A DNA stretch of 64,000 bases, taken from assembly GCA_963794775.1 (NCBI GenBank), contig CAWCGA010000008.1, forward strand, positions 72,446 to 136,445, given 5' to 3'. The DNA is from an uncultured Alphaproteobacteria bacterium. GTDB taxonomy: Bacteria > Pseudomonadota > Alphaproteobacteria > Rhizobiales > Xanthobacteraceae. Shown one piece after another: positions 8,323 to 19,694 of the stretch; the first letter of the stretch is position 1; every line of letters begins with the position of its first letter. A program made the position numbers and the translations under genes. Below the pieces are notes generated by a model. It was given only the letters and a program-made list of their open reading frames with translations, made no database searches and was not told where the DNA came from.

Positions 8323-9843
8323 CTAATTGTTGCTGCGGTTGGCGGTCCGGAAGGTCTTGATCTCGGACACGCTACCGTCCCGGTAGGTCAATTCCACCGA
8401 CATGAACTGGGTGGCTGGCGGAAGTTTTTGGTAGATCATCGCGCCGTTTGGAATGGCGCTGGGATCTCTCGTGTCGCAGGGCGGCAGTTTGAGAACCTTG
8501 TCCGGGACAGCGTTGTCGATGCCGATCCGCATCTCGCGGATCGCGCAACGATACGACAGCACGTGGCTGTAATAGACCAGCAGTCCGTTGAACTCGCGGA
8601 ACGACAGCCAGCTGGTCGCGGTCATGTCGAGGATCTTGCGCTGGTCGCGGATCAGCGCCGCCTCGGGGTCGAACTTGATCGGGAATGGCCCCTGCATCTC
8701 GCCCGACGCATCGATGTAACGAACCAGGATGGTCGCCGCCGGCGCGTCGGCCGCAAGCTCGATCGAGGGGTTGGGCATGCGCTTGCGGGTGCGCGGATCG
8801 AGCGTGTCGAGAAAACCCGTCTCGCGGAAATCGCCGGCTTCCCCAACGCGCCAGGAAATGCCCAGCGTCGGATCGGCGATCGAGAACACGATGGTCCAGC
8901 CGCCATTGTGGCGCGAGAACGCCGCGATCGGCGCGTTGACGGAATCGCTGGGCGGCGCCGTGCGCGGCACAGCGACCGGCGGCAGCGCAGCGACTTTCTG
9001 CGGCGCGGGTTCGGCGGGCTTCAAAGTGTCGGCCTGCGCCTTGCCTGTACCATTGAGGAAGACATTGTCGACCATCTGGTCGGTATAGGCGGGGATCTGC
9101 CGATGGCCGATCGTCTCGGCCATCTCGCTGACGAGCTTGCGGGTGTGCTGGGCGACCTCGACCAGATTTTCGCCGGGCTGCAGCAGCTCCTTGGCGAAGG
9201 TGCGCGTGAACACCGAATTGGGGCTGCTGTCATCGTTCGACAGGCGGTCGAGCGCGGTCTGCTTGTAGCCGGCGGAGAACACCGAGAACACGCCTTCGGG
9301 CAGTTGCGACATGGGCGCGAGCCCGCCGCCGCCAGCGACAGCACGCGTGCCCGAACGCTCGAACGGATTGTTGCGGCAGGCATCGAACACCAGGATCGAG
9401 GTGCGCACCTTCTTGTTCTGCAGCCGCTCGACGATGCGATCGGCGAGCACGGAAGCGTCTCGCACCAGCTCTTCCTGGCCTTCGGCCGCACCGGGCACGT
9501 CGGTCGGCAGCAGATAATTCTGGCCGGCGATCTCAAAACCGTGGCCGGCGAAGAAGAAGAACGCGGTGTCGCCGGGCCCGACCGAATTGTCGAAGGCGAG
9601 CAGCGTCTGGCTGAATTGCTGGCGGTTGAGATTTTCCGCCACCATCACGCTGAAGCCGAGCTGCTTCAGCGTATCGCCCATGGTGCGGGCGTCGTTCACC
9701 GCCTTCTGCAGTTTGGGCACGTTGCGGTAATCGTTGTTGCCGATCACCAGCGCCACGCGTTTTTCCGCATGCGCAGGCACTGTCAGCAACGACATCGCCA
9801 CCGCGCACGCCAACGCAAGTTTGGAAAACAACCAGCCTTTCAT
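8323..9843 (-). CDS. Exported caspase-family (peptidase C14) protein
   Basis: Signal peptide AHA-E; KRVALVIGNNDY; FFFAGHG (His) and DACRNNP (Cys) dyad intact; Pro-rich linker and unknown C-terminal domain. Confidence 0.9.
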   Translation of the reverse strand: MKGWLFSKLALACAVAMSLLTVPAHAEKRVALVIGNNDYRNVPKLQKAVNDARTMGDTLKQLGFSVMVAENLNRQQFSQTLLAFDNSVGPGDTAFFFFAGHGFEIAGQNYLLPTDVPGAAEGQEELVRDASVLADRIVERLQNKKVRTSILVFDACRNNPFERSGTRAVAGGGGLAPMSQLPEGVFSVFSAGYKQTALDRLSNDDSSPNSVFTRTFAKELLQPGENLVEVAQHTRKLVSEMAETIGHRQIPAYTDQMVDNVFLNGTGKAQADTLKPAEPAPQKVAALPPVAVPRTAPPSDSVNAPIAAFSRHNGGWTIVFSIADPTLGISWRVGEAGDFRETGFLDTLDPRTRKRMPNPSIELAADAPAATILVRYIDASGEMQGPFPIKFDPEAALIRDQRKILDMTATSWLSFREFNGLLVYYSHVLSYRCAIREMRIGIDNAVPDKVLKLPPCDTRDPSAIPNGAMIYQKLPPATQFMSVELTYRDGSVSEIKTFRTANRSNN

Positions 9844-9897
9844 GGGATGACCACCGACAGCGCCTTTAGCAATAGTCGGCCGAGCCATAGCCCCGGT

Positions 9898-10485
9898 TCA
9901 ATCCGGAATAACCCTGCCCAGGGTCCACCTTGCGACCACCGGCTGGACGAAATTGAGGGCAAGTCCCCACAACGCGATCCGCAAATCGATGAAGCTCAAT
10001 GCAATCGTCAGCAGTGTGGACGCCACCAGCAGCCCCGCACCCATCTGCTTGGCCCGCAAATGATCGCCGGGCTCGAGATTCGGCGTCAGCGCCATCATGC
10101 GCATGTTGACCAGGGCGATCAGCAGAAGATGGCCGGCATAGAGCCAGACCGCTGGCGCAAGCGATCCGTAGCGGCCGACCGCGATGGTCGTGAAGGGCAC
10201 GAAGGTGATCAGCAGCAAATAGAACAGCCACGTATTGACGTAGGCGCGATTGTAATACTCGGCGCGGCTGCGGATTTCGATGCTGGCGAGCCAGCGCAGG
10301 CCGAGCACGGTGAAGCTCAGGAGGTAGGGCAGAAACTTCGGCCAGAGATTGCCGATCCCCTCCATGAGCTCGGCGGCATCGCGCGGATGAAATTCCTCGG
10401 GCAAGCGAACGTCGAGCACGAGCAGCGTCATGGCGACGCTGAAAATACCGTCATGCAAGGCGTCGAGCCGCGCTTTTGGAAACAT
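9898..10485 (-). CDS. TMEM175-family (DUF1211) membrane protein, putative K+ channel
   Basis: RLDALHDGIFSVAMTLLVLDV signature; about six hydrophobic helices. Confidence 0.85.
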   Translation of the reverse strand: MFPKARLDALHDGIFSVAMTLLVLDVRLPEEFHPRDAAELMEGIGNLWPKFLPYLLSFTVLGLRWLASIEIRSRAEYYNRAYVNTWLFYLLLITFVPFTTIAVGRYGSLAPAVWLYAGHLLLIALVNMRMMALTPNLEPGDHLRAKQMGAGLLVASTLLTIALSFIDLRIALWGLALNFVQPVVARWTLGRVIPD

Positions 10486-10795
10486 GGCGATTCCCCCGCC
10501 ATGAAGGTTGTCATTGCGGCCCCGCGATTTGAAGCCGAAATGACCGCCAGCCGGTCATTTGTACGGAAACATTAAGGTTTTTCGTGCCCTTGCCCTGTTC
10601 CAAGATTGACTTTGGCCATTTCGCCCCTATGTTCCGGCACATAGCGGGCCCGGATCGAATACAATTCCCGATTGGATCAGCCGCTGGTCAGCGTCAGTTA
10701 CCGCCCCTGAGCTTCTTGAAAGCGCGCCGTTTCGGGGCCGAACGCGACCGCCTTTTACCCTCGATTCCGAAACGGCGGTGTCGACTAGAGGCTCA

Positions 10796-12373
10796 ATGTC
10801 CTTTTCTCATCTCGGCTTGTCCGACAAGGTTCTCGCCGCTGTTGCGGCCACCGGCTACACCACCCCTACTCCCATCCAGGAACAGGCGATCCCTCACGTG
10901 CTCTCGCGCCGTGATGTCCTCGGCATCGCCCAGACCGGCACCGGCAAGACAGCGGCCTTCGTGCTGCCGATGCTCACGCTGCTGGAAAAAGGCCGTGCGC
11001 GGGCACGAATGCCGCGCACGCTCATCCTCGAGCCGACGCGCGAGCTCGCCGCGCAAGTGAAGGAAAACTTCGACCGCTACGGCGCCGGCCAGAAGCTCAA
11101 CGTCGCGCTGTTGATCGGCGGCGTATCCTTCGGCGACCAGGACACCAAATTGACGCGCGGCGTCGACGTCCTGATCGCAACCCCGGGCCGGCTGCTCGAC
11201 CACACAGAGCGTGGCGGCCTCCTGCTCACCGGCGTCGAACTGCTTGTCATCGACGAAGCCGACCGCATGTTGGACATGGGCTTCATCCCCGACATCGAAC
11301 GCATCTGCAAGCTCGTTCCGTTCACGCGCCAGACGCTGTTCTTCACCGCGACCATGCCGCCGGAAATCCGGCGTATCACCGAGACCTTCCTGCACAATCC
11401 GCAAAAGGTGGAGGTCTCGAGACCCGCGACCACCGCCGCAGGCGTGGCGCAATTCCAGATTCCCGTCGGCCGCGAGCCGCATGAGAAACGCGATCTGCTG
11501 CGTCAGCTGTTGCGCGGCGCCAAGGACCTGCAGAACGCGATCATCTTTTGCAACCGCAAGCGCGACGTCGCCGTGGTGTACAAATCGCTGCAGAAGCACG
11601 GCTTTGCCGTTGGCGCTCTACACGGCGACATGGACCAGTCGGCGCGCACCGCGGCGCTCGACCAGTTCCGCAAGGGTGAAATCCCGCTGCTGGTTGCTTC
11701 CGACGTCGCCGCGCGCGGCCTCGATATTCCCGAAGTCAGCCACATCTTCAATTTCGACGTGCCGCATCATGCCGACGATTACGTCCACCGCATCGGCCGC
11801 ACCGGACGCGCGGGCCGCACCGGCACCGCGATCTCCATCGTCACCTCGCTCGACCAGAAATCCATGGTCGCGATCGAGAAGCTGATCGGCCAGGACATCC
11901 CGCGCGCCGAGGGCGATTTCTCGGCCCCGGCCGAGTCCTCCCACGACGAACACCCGCGCAGCCATCGTGGCCGCGAAGGTTCGCGGGACGGCTCGCGCGG
12001 CGGTCGCAAGCCGCGCCGTGAACGTGAACGCGGGAATGCAAACCGCGAACGCGAGCCACAACACGCGAGGGAGCGCGAGCCACAGCACGCCAAGGAGCGC
12101 GAGCCGCAGCATGCCAAGGAGCGCGAGCCGCAGCATGCCAAGGAGCGTGAGCCGCAGCATGCAAAGGAGCGTGAGCCGCGGCAGCCCAAGGATGGACACA
12201 AGAGTGGGCCGAAGGGCGGGCGCCACCAGACTCCACAGCAGCCAGCTTCTCCCGTTCCGGGATTCGGCCGCGCCGAAGCGCCGCGCCGTGCACGCGAAGC
12301 CGACGCCGAGCCGGCGGATCATTCGCACCTTCCGGCGTTTCTGCTGCGGCCGGTTCGCGACCGCGTCGGTTAG
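10796..12373 (+). CDS. DEAD-box RNA helicase (RhlE-like)
   Basis: PTPIQ, AQTGTGKT, PTRELA, DEAD, ARGLD, HRIGRTGRAG. Confidence 0.97.
   Translation: MSFSHLGLSDKVLAAVAATGYTTPTPIQEQAIPHVLSRRDVLGIAQTGTGKTAAFVLPMLTLLEKGRARARMPRTLILEPTRELAAQVKENFDRYGAGQKLNVALLIGGVSFGDQDTKLTRGVDVLIATPGRLLDHTERGGLLLTGVELLVIDEADRMLDMGFIPDIERICKLVPFTRQTLFFTATMPPEIRRITETFLHNPQKVEVSRPATTAAGVAQFQIPVGREPHEKRDLLRQLLRGAKDLQNAIIFCNRKRDVAVVYKSLQKHGFAVGALHGDMDQSARTAALDQFRKGEIPLLVASDVAARGLDIPEVSHIFNFDVPHHADDYVHRIGRTGRAGRTGTAISIVTSLDQKSMVAIEKLIGQDIPRAEGDFSAPAESSHDEHPRSHRGREGSRDGSRGGRKPRRERERGNANREREPQHAREREPQHAKEREPQHAKEREPQHAKEREPQHAKEREPRQPKDGHKSGPKGGRHQTPQQPASPVPGFGRAEAPRRAREADAEPADHSHLPAFLLRPVRDRVG
12050..12193 (+). repeat. 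In-frame 24-nt tandem repeat x6 (REPQHAKE) in the helicase tail
   Basis: CGYGAGCCRCAGCAYGCCAAGGAG units, last one degenerate. Confidence 0.92.
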
Positions 12374-12486
12374 TGATTAAGGCGACCGGAACTCATTTAC
12401 CGGTCGTTCATTCTCCTGAATTACCGTGCAATGCATAATACCAGTCATTGCTAGGCGGGCGGCGCGGCCTGCTAAGGGGAATTTCC

Positions 12487-13554
12487 GTGGTCAAGGTCCT
12501 CGACGAACATGAACGCACGATGGCCTTCGCGGAAGTTGCGCTGGGCCAGATCAGGTCGCTTCGTCAGACCGCCATCCCCCGCAACTACGAAATCTGGTAC
12601 ATCTACGCGACCGGATACAACGCTCCACTCAACAAGATCATCAACGAGACGCTGGCGCGCCACGGCAAGCTGAGCGAAGCCGATCTCGAGCAGATCTACG
12701 AAACCTATCTGTCGCATCTGAAGACCACCGACCGCATCGACAAGGTCGGCGCGCGGGTGATCGGCGAGATCGACGACGTGATGCAGTTGTTGACCGACGC
12801 GCTCGGCATGTCTGCGACCTACGACGCCAATTTGAACGGCGCGAGCGAGAAGCTGTCGGCTGCCAAGAATCGCGACCAGATCAAGGCTGTGGTCGAGATG
12901 CTGGTCAAATCCACGGGCGAGATGCGCGACACCAACAAGGCGCTGGAAGAGCGTCTTACGCTGTCGAAGAACGAGATCTCCAACCTGCAGCAGAGCCTGG
13001 AGGCGATCCGCGCGGAATCGCTGACCGATCCGCTGACGGGCCTGGGAAACCGCAAATATTTCGATCGCATGATCGACATGGCGGTGCAGAACGCGCTGGC
13101 GAACGGCGAGCCGCTGTCGCTGCTGATGTTCGACATCGATCATTTCAAATCGTTCAACGATTCCTACGGCCATCTCACCGGCGACCAGGTTTTGCGCCTG
13201 GTCGGCATGTCGTTGAAGCAGACCATCAAGGGCCAGGACATCACGGCGCGCTATGGCGGCGAGGAATTCGCGGTGGTGCTGCCCAACACCGCGCTGCGCC
13301 AGGCGCTGACGGTCGCCGACCACATCCGCCGCGCCGTCATGGCGAAGGAATTGAAGAAGAAATCGACCGGCGAGATTCTGGGCCGCGTCACCATCTCGGT
13401 CGGCGTTTCCATGCTCAAGCCTGGCGACGACACCGACGCCCTGATCGAGCGCGCCGACGGCTGCCTTTATGCCGCCAAGCGTAACGGCCGCAACCGCGTG
13501 GTCTGCGAGGTCGATCCGGAATACGCCGCCGAGACCCAGAGCCAGGTGGCCTAG
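12487..13554 (+). CDS. Diguanylate cyclase (GGDEF domain)
   Basis: DPLTGLGNR, DIDHFKSFND.YGH..GD, RYGGEEF; GTG start after AAGGGG. Confidence 0.93.
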   Translation: MVKVLDEHERTMAFAEVALGQIRSLRQTAIPRNYEIWYIYATGYNAPLNKIINETLARHGKLSEADLEQIYETYLSHLKTTDRIDKVGARVIGEIDDVMQLLTDALGMSATYDANLNGASEKLSAAKNRDQIKAVVEMLVKSTGEMRDTNKALEERLTLSKNEISNLQQSLEAIRAESLTDPLTGLGNRKYFDRMIDMAVQNALANGEPLSLLMFDIDHFKSFNDSYGHLTGDQVLRLVGMSLKQTIKGQDITARYGGEEFAVVLPNTALRQALTVADHIRRAVMAKELKKKSTGEILGRVTISVGVSMLKPGDDTDALIERADGCLYAAKRNGRNRVVCEVDPEYAAETQSQVA

Positions 13555-13961
13555 CGCTTTCTCGTTTTGCGCTTCGTTTTGGCCGTCGCCCCCGGGGTGG
13601 CGGCCTTTCTCTTTGCGGGCTTGTTCGCCTTCGGACGCTTTTTGACTGCCGCGCGCTGCGCCGCCCCCAGCGCCGCCCTCGCCCACCCGCTCAATTCCTC
13701 GGTGTCGTCGAACAGCCGCGCCGGCAATTGCCAGTAGGAATTGACCAGAACGGTCTTGGCGCGGGTCTGATACTGGAACGGCTTTGACCCTTCCGCCTCG
13801 AACTGCGGAATCGTCACCTCATCAGCTCGAAAATAAAGGCCGGCGCGCAGCGCCATGGCGAAATTGACGCCGTCGACGGAGATGCCGAAGCCGGAGAACA
13901 TCGGCCGGATCGTCACAGGGCCGAATTCGGAAAACAGATCGATCAGGAACTCGCGGTCCAT
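13551..13961 (-). CDS. TfoX/Sxy N-terminal-domain protein
   Basis: FGPVTIRPMFSGFGI, GLYFRAD, PFQY, YWQLP, WARAAL; basic tail. Confidence 0.85.
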   Translation of the reverse strand: MDREFLIDLFSEFGPVTIRPMFSGFGISVDGVNFAMALRAGLYFRADEVTIPQFEAEGSKPFQYQTRAKTVLVNSYWQLPARLFDDTEELSGWARAALGAAQRAAVKKRPKANKPAKRKAATPGATAKTKRKTRKR

Positions 13962-13973
13962 CGCCCGCGACGC

Positions 13974-14369
13974 TCAGACCTGCGCGGGCTTGAGCTGAAC
14001 CAACTCGCCACAGCCGCAGGCCGAAATCTGGTTCGGATTGTTGAACACGAACTGCGACTGCATCCTGTCGGCCTTGTAGTCCATCTCGGTGCCGAGCAGA
14101 AACAGCACGGCCTTCGGATCGACCAGTATCTTGACGCCTTTGTCCTCGACGACCTCGTCGGTCGCGCGGATCTCGTGGGCATATTCGACCGTGTAGGACT
14201 GGCCGGCGCAGCCGCCATTCTTGACGCCGACGCGCAGCCCAACGATCTCGGAATCCGCGCGTTTAGTCAGGTCCTGAATGCGCGAGGCGGCGGCATCCGT
14301 CAGTCGCATCACTTGCGGCCGGGGGCGGCGGGGCTTGGCAGTGGGTGTTGCAGGCGTCATCTCAGTCAT
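13974..14369 (-). CDS. sufA: A-type Fe-S carrier (HesB/IscA/SufA)
   Basis: LRVGVKNGGCAG, FNNPN..ACGCGE; last gene of the suf operon. Confidence 0.92.
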   Translation of the reverse strand: MTEMTPATPTAKPRRPRPQVMRLTDAAASRIQDLTKRADSEIVGLRVGVKNGGCAGQSYTVEYAHEIRATDEVVEDKGVKILVDPKAVLFLLGTEMDYKADRMQSQFVFNNPNQISACGCGELVQLKPAQV

Positions 14370-14433
14370 TTGGTCAGTTCCAGTGGCAAATCAATGCCTG
14401 TTCTTTCGAGCCTACGCGTCGTCCCCTAACGCT

Positions 14434-14805
14434 TCACCACATGTTGAGCACGAGGCGCGCCTCGTCGCTCATCCGGTCCGGCGACCACGCGGGCTCCCAG
14501 ACCAGGTTGATATTGACGACGCCGACACCGGGAACGCTGGCGACGGCATTCTCGACCTGGGTCGGCAATTCACCGGCCGCCGGGCAATTTGGCGTCGTCA
14601 GCGTCATGGTGACGTCGACCGCGCGCTCGTCGTTGATCTCGACCTTGTAGATCAGGCCGAGCTCATAGATGTCGGCCGGAATTTCCGGGTCGAACACCGT
14701 CTTGAGCGCCGCGACGATTTCCGCGGACAGCCGCTCGGTCTCCTCCGGCGGCAGCGCCGAGGCGGTTTCCATATTGACGGTTTTGACTTCGGCGGTGTCA
14801 CTCAT
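14434..14805 (-). CDS. sufT: SUF-system Fe-S assembly protein (DUF59)
   Basis: VFDPEIPADIYELGLIY, MTLTTPNCP, W.PAWSPDRMS. Confidence 0.92.
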   Translation of the reverse strand: MSDTAEVKTVNMETASALPPEETERLSAEIVAALKTVFDPEIPADIYELGLIYKVEINDERAVDVTMTLTTPNCPAAGELPTQVENAVASVPGVGVVNINLVWEPAWSPDRMSDEARLVLNMW

Positions 14806-16049
14806 GCGAACAATTCCCGCGCCTTGATTAGCGCCTGCGCCAACTGGTCGACTTCCTCACGCGTATTATACATCCCGAACGAGGCGCGGCAGGTCGCCGT
14901 GACGTTGAACCGCTCTAAAAGCGGCATCACGCAATGGGTCCCGGCGCGCACCGCGATGCCCTGCCGGTCGATCACAGTTGCGACGTCGTGGGGATGGGCG
15001 CCCTTCATCTCGAAGGAGATCACCGGTCCCTTGTCGCGCGCCGTCCCGATCAGCCGCAGCGAGTTGATCTCGCGCAGCCGCTCCTGGGCGTAAGCGACGA
15101 GATCGTGCTCGTGGGCGGCAATCCGCGCCTTGCCGACCGAATTGACGTAGTCGATGGCCGCTCCCAGCCCAACCGCCTCGACGATTGCGGGCGTGCCGGC
15201 CTCGAACTTGTGCGGAGGATCGCCGTAAGTGATCAAGTCCTTGGCGACCTCGCGGATCATCTCACCACCGCCATTGAAGGGCCGCATGGCGACGAGGTGC
15301 TCATGCTTGGCATAGAGCGCGCCAATGCCGGTCGGGCCGTAGACCTTGTGGCCGGTGAAGACATAGAAATCGCAATCGATATCCTGCACATCGACCGGCA
15401 GATGGACCGCGCCCTGGCTGCCGTCGACCAGCACGGGAATGCCGCGCGCATGCGCCAGCTTGGTGACCTCTTTCACCGGCACCAGCGTGCCGAGCGCGTT
15501 CGACATATGCGTGATCGCGACGAGCTTCGTGCGATCGGTCAAGAGCTTCTCAAATTCATCGATCAGGAAGTTGCCTTCGTCATCGACCGGCGCCCATTTG
15601 ATCACGGCGCCATGGCGCTCCCTGAGGAAATGCCAGGGCACAATGTTGGAGTGGTGCTCCATGATCGAAATGACGATCTCGTCGCCCGCCTTGATGTTGG
15701 CCTCACCCCAGGAATAGGCGACCAGGTTGATCGCCTCCGTCGCGTTGCGGGTAAAGACGATCTCCTCGTTGCGGCGCGCGTTGAGGAATTGCGCCACCTT
15801 GGCGCGGCCGCCCTCATAGGCCTCGGTCGCGGCGTTGGCGAGATAATGCAGGCCGCGATGCACGTTGGCGTATTCGCTCTTGTAAGCCTCGGTCATGCGA
15901 TCGAGCACGGCATTAGGCTTCTGCGCGGAAGCGGCGTTGTCGAGATAGACCAGCGGCTTGCCATAGACCTTCATGGCGAGCGCGGGGAAATCTTCACGCA
16001 CACGGGCAACATCGTAAGCGCCGTTCTTGACCGAGGGATGCGTGCTCAT
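14802..16049 (-). CDS. sufS: Cysteine desulfurase, group II
   Basis: YLDNAASAQKP, NVHRG, TGHKVYGPTGIG, VRAGTHC. Confidence 0.97.
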   Translation of the reverse strand: MSTHPSVKNGAYDVARVREDFPALAMKVYGKPLVYLDNAASAQKPNAVLDRMTEAYKSEYANVHRGLHYLANAATEAYEGGRAKVAQFLNARRNEEIVFTRNATEAINLVAYSWGEANIKAGDEIVISIMEHHSNIVPWHFLRERHGAVIKWAPVDDEGNFLIDEFEKLLTDRTKLVAITHMSNALGTLVPVKEVTKLAHARGIPVLVDGSQGAVHLPVDVQDIDCDFYVFTGHKVYGPTGIGALYAKHEHLVAMRPFNGGGEMIREVAKDLITYGDPPHKFEAGTPAIVEAVGLGAAIDYVNSVGKARIAAHEHDLVAYAQERLREINSLRLIGTARDKGPVISFEMKGAHPHDVATVIDRQGIAVRAGTHCVMPLLERFNVTATCRASFGMYNTREEVDQLAQALIKARELFA

Positions 16050-17350
16050 GCCCGCGCCTCCAGCCAGCGCTGCGCGGTCGCCATCGCGGCCTCGCGCAGA
16101 TCGTCATCGGCAATGCCTTCGATGGCTTCACCAACGAAAGCCTGGATCAACAGCGCCTGCGCTTCCTTCTCGGGCAGGCCGCGCGCGCGCAGATAGAACA
16201 ACAGGCTCTCGTCCAGCGCGCCTGATGTCGCGCCGTGACCACAGGTGACGTCGTCGGCGAAAATCTCGAGCTCCGGCTTGTTGTCGGCTTCCGCTTCGTC
16301 GGACAGCAGCAGCGCGCGCGTCATCATCTTGCCGTCGGTCTTCTGCGCATGGGGACGCACGATGATGCGGCCCTGGAACACCGAATGGGCGCGGTCATCG
16401 ACGACGGCGCGGAAAATCTCGCGGCTGGTGCAATGGGGCACCGCGTGGTCTACCACCAGCGTGGTGTCGCCGTGCTGAGTCCCCTTAAGCAGGTTGACGC
16501 CATTGACGTTGAGGTCCGAGGCCTCTCCTTTCAGGGTGACATAGCCAGAGAAGCGGCTGAGCGCGCCGCCACTGGTCATGTTGAAGAGATTGTACTCCGC
16601 CTTCGCACCGACGGTGAAAATCCCGGAAGAGATGTTTGCGGCATCCGCGCTGTCAGCCATCAAACGCACATGGGACAATTCCACGTCGTCGCCGATCGAC
16701 AGGATCACCGCATCATTGGCCTGGTAAGCCTTCGCGCCAACGGCTGCCACGAAGCTTTCAACCAAAGTGACGCGCGCGCCCTTGCCAATGGTCACATGCG
16801 AACGCGTATAAACAGAGGCCTTCGACGCCGTCGCCGCATGGACGATCTGGATCGGGCGGGCGAGATTCGCGCCTTCGGCCACGGAAATAAGAACGCCATC
16901 AGTGGCCATCGCCGCATTCAGCGCGATCATGGCGTCGGAGGAATCGGCAGTCAGCAGATTGCCGTCGCCGCCTTCCAGCGCCTCGCGCAGTGTCTTCACG
17001 CTCATGCCGGTCTCAGCGGCATCGGACAATTCAGGCACAAAGACGCCATCCACCAGCACGAGCTTGGTCGCGCCCTTCACGCCTGATGTCTTCAATGCGG
17101 TGCGCGCGCGCTTGATGGCGTCGGCGTCGGGCGCCGGCGCGAGCGGCAACACCTCGCGCAGCAGCGCACGCAAGTCCGTGTATTTCCATTCCTCGATCCG
17201 GCGGTTGGGCAGGCCCGCGCGCTCGAAGGCTTCGAACGCCTGCCGGCGCACGTCGGCAACCTTGCCCGAACCAGGCAGGCGCTCGCCCGCGAGGGTGAAT
17301 ACGCTCGTCACGGCCTGTCCGGTCTCGGTTTTCGCCAAAGCAACGTTCAT
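16046..17350 (-). CDS. sufD: Fe-S cluster assembly protein SufD
   Basis: EEWKYTDL, KPELEIFADDVTCGHGAT. Confidence 0.96.
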   Translation of the reverse strand: MNVALAKTETGQAVTSVFTLAGERLPGSGKVADVRRQAFEAFERAGLPNRRIEEWKYTDLRALLREVLPLAPAPDADAIKRARTALKTSGVKGATKLVLVDGVFVPELSDAAETGMSVKTLREALEGGDGNLLTADSSDAMIALNAAMATDGVLISVAEGANLARPIQIVHAATASKASVYTRSHVTIGKGARVTLVESFVAAVGAKAYQANDAVILSIGDDVELSHVRLMADSADAANISSGIFTVGAKAEYNLFNMTSGGALSRFSGYVTLKGEASDLNVNGVNLLKGTQHGDTTLVVDHAVPHCTSREIFRAVVDDRAHSVFQGRIIVRPHAQKTDGKMMTRALLLSDEAEADNKPELEIFADDVTCGHGATSGALDESLLFYLRARGLPEKEAQALLIQAFVGEAIEGIADDDLREAAMATAQRWLEARA

Positions 17351-17361
17351 TACAAATCCGT

Positions 17362-18117
<756 letters not shown>

Positions 18118-18159
18118 GTTTCCCAAATCTGTTGAAGCGCTAGCGAGCAGCTTCAGAAA

Positions 18160-19662
18160 TCAACCGACCGATCCCTCGAGCGAGATCGAGATCAGCTTCT
18201 GCGCCTCGACCGCAAACTCCATCGGGAGCTGCTGCAGCACGTCCTTGACGAAGCCGTTGACGACGAGGCCGACGGCCTCCTCCTGGCTCAAGCCGCGCTG
18301 GACGCAATAGAACAGGACGTCCTCGGAAATCTTCGAGGTCGTAGCTTCGTGCTCGAAGGTCGCGGACGAATTCTTCGCCTCGATATAGGGCACGGTGTGC
18401 GCGCCGCACTTGTCGCCGATCAGGAGCAAGTCGCAGGCAGTGAAGTTGCGCGCGCCGGTCGCTTTTCGATGCGCCGTGACGAGGCCGCGATAGGTGTTCT
18501 GCGATCTACCGGCCGCAATCCCCTTGGAGATGATGCGGCTGGTCGTGTTCTTGCCGAGGTGCAGCATCTTGGTGCCGCTATCGACCTGCTGGTAACCGTT
18601 CGAGATCGCGATCGAGTAGAACTCGCCGCGGGAATTATCACCGCGCAAAATGCAGCTCGGATATTTCCAGGTGATGGCCGAGCCGGTCTCGACCTGGGTC
18701 CAGGAAATCTTCGAGTTCTTGCCGCGGCAGTCGCCGCGCTTGGTGACGAAATTGTAGATGCCGCCCTTGCCCTCGGAATTGCCGGGGTACCAGTTCTGCA
18801 CCGTCGAATATTTGATCTCGGCATCGTCGAGCGTGACAAGCTCGACCACCGCGGCATGCAGCTGGTTCTCGTCGCGCTGCGGCGCGGTGCAGCCTTCGAG
18901 ATAGCTGACGTAGGAGCCCTTGTCGGCGATGATCAGTGTGCGCTCGAACTGGCCGGTGTTGCGCTCGTTGATCCTAAAGTAAGTCGACAGCTCCATCGGG
19001 CAGCGCACGCCCGCAGGCACGTAGACGAACGAGCCGTCGGAGAATACCGCCGAGTTCAGCGTCGCGAAGTAATTGTCCGAGGTCGGCACGACCGAGCCGA
19101 GATATTTCTTCACGAGTTCAGGATGCTCGCGGATCGCTTCCGAGATCGGCATGAAGATCACGCCGGCCTGCTTGAGCTCTTTCTGGAAGGTCGTGGCAAC
19201 CGACACCGAGTCGAACACGGCATCGACCGCGATCTTGCTGCGCGGTTGCGCTGTTTCGCCCTCGCCGACAGGCGCAACCACGCCTTCGAGCACCGCGACT
19301 TCGCGCAGCGGAATGCCGAGCTTCTCGTAGGTCTTCAGGATCTCGGGATCGATCTCGTCGAGCGAGCCGATCTGCTTCTTCGGCTTCGGCGCGGAATAGT
19401 AATACAGGTCCTGGTAATCGATCTTGGGATAGTGGACGCGGGCCCAGGTCGGTTCCGTCATGGTCAGCCAGCGGCGATAGGCTTCCAACCGCCACTCCAG
19501 CATCCAGGCCGGCTCGTTCTTCTTGGCCGAGATGAAACGGACCGTATCTTCCGACAGGCCCTTCGGAGCCTTATCGGATTCGATCAACGTCTCGAACCCA
19601 TATCGGTATTGGTCGACGTCGATCCGCCTGACGCGGTCGACCGTCTCTTGGACGGCTGGCAT
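18160..19662 (-). CDS. sufB: Fe-S cluster assembly protein SufB
   Basis: [42 protein letters not shown]. Confidence 0.98.
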   Translation of the reverse strand: MPAVQETVDRVRRIDVDQYRYGFETLIESDKAPKGLSEDTVRFISAKKNEPAWMLEWRLEAYRRWLTMTEPTWARVHYPKIDYQDLYYYSAPKPKKQIGSLDEIDPEILKTYEKLGIPLREVAVLEGVVAPVGEGETAQPRSKIAVDAVFDSVSVATTFQKELKQAGVIFMPISEAIREHPELVKKYLGSVVPTSDNYFATLNSAVFSDGSFVYVPAGVRCPMELSTYFRINERNTGQFERTLIIADKGSYVSYLEGCTAPQRDENQLHAAVVELVTLDDAEIKYSTVQNWYPGNSEGKGGIYNFVTKRGDCRGKNSKISWTQVETGSAITWKYPSCILRGDNSRGEFYSIAISNGYQQVDSGTKMLHLGKNTTSRIISKGIAAGRSQNTYRGLVTAHRKATGARNFTACDLLLIGDKCGAHTVPYIEAKNSSATFEHEATTSKISEDVLFYCVQRGLSQEEAVGLVVNGFVKDVLQQLPMEFAVEAQKLISISLEGSVG

Positions 19663-19694
19663 TCACTTCCTCCGCTCGCGGTTTCAAGGACCGC

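Noticed and set aside
8323-9843. Caspase as an anti-phage (CBASS/Avs/gasdermin-type) effector
   Set aside because: It has a signal peptide, and no cyclase, NLR, TIR or gasdermin-like neighbour is visible
8146-10575. 809-aa + strand ORF, and similar long ORFs at 37794-40127, 39976-41895 and 52234-53730
   Set aside because: Antisense shadows of well-supported genes, typical of high-GC DNA; no recognisable motifs
12050-12193. Regular repeats as a possible CRISPR array
   Set aside because: Head-to-tail 24-nt units with no spacers, in frame within a helicase, and no cas genes
13551-13554. 4-nt stop-codon overlaps of convergent genes (also 26975-26978)
   Set aside because: Common compact arrangement with no extra signal
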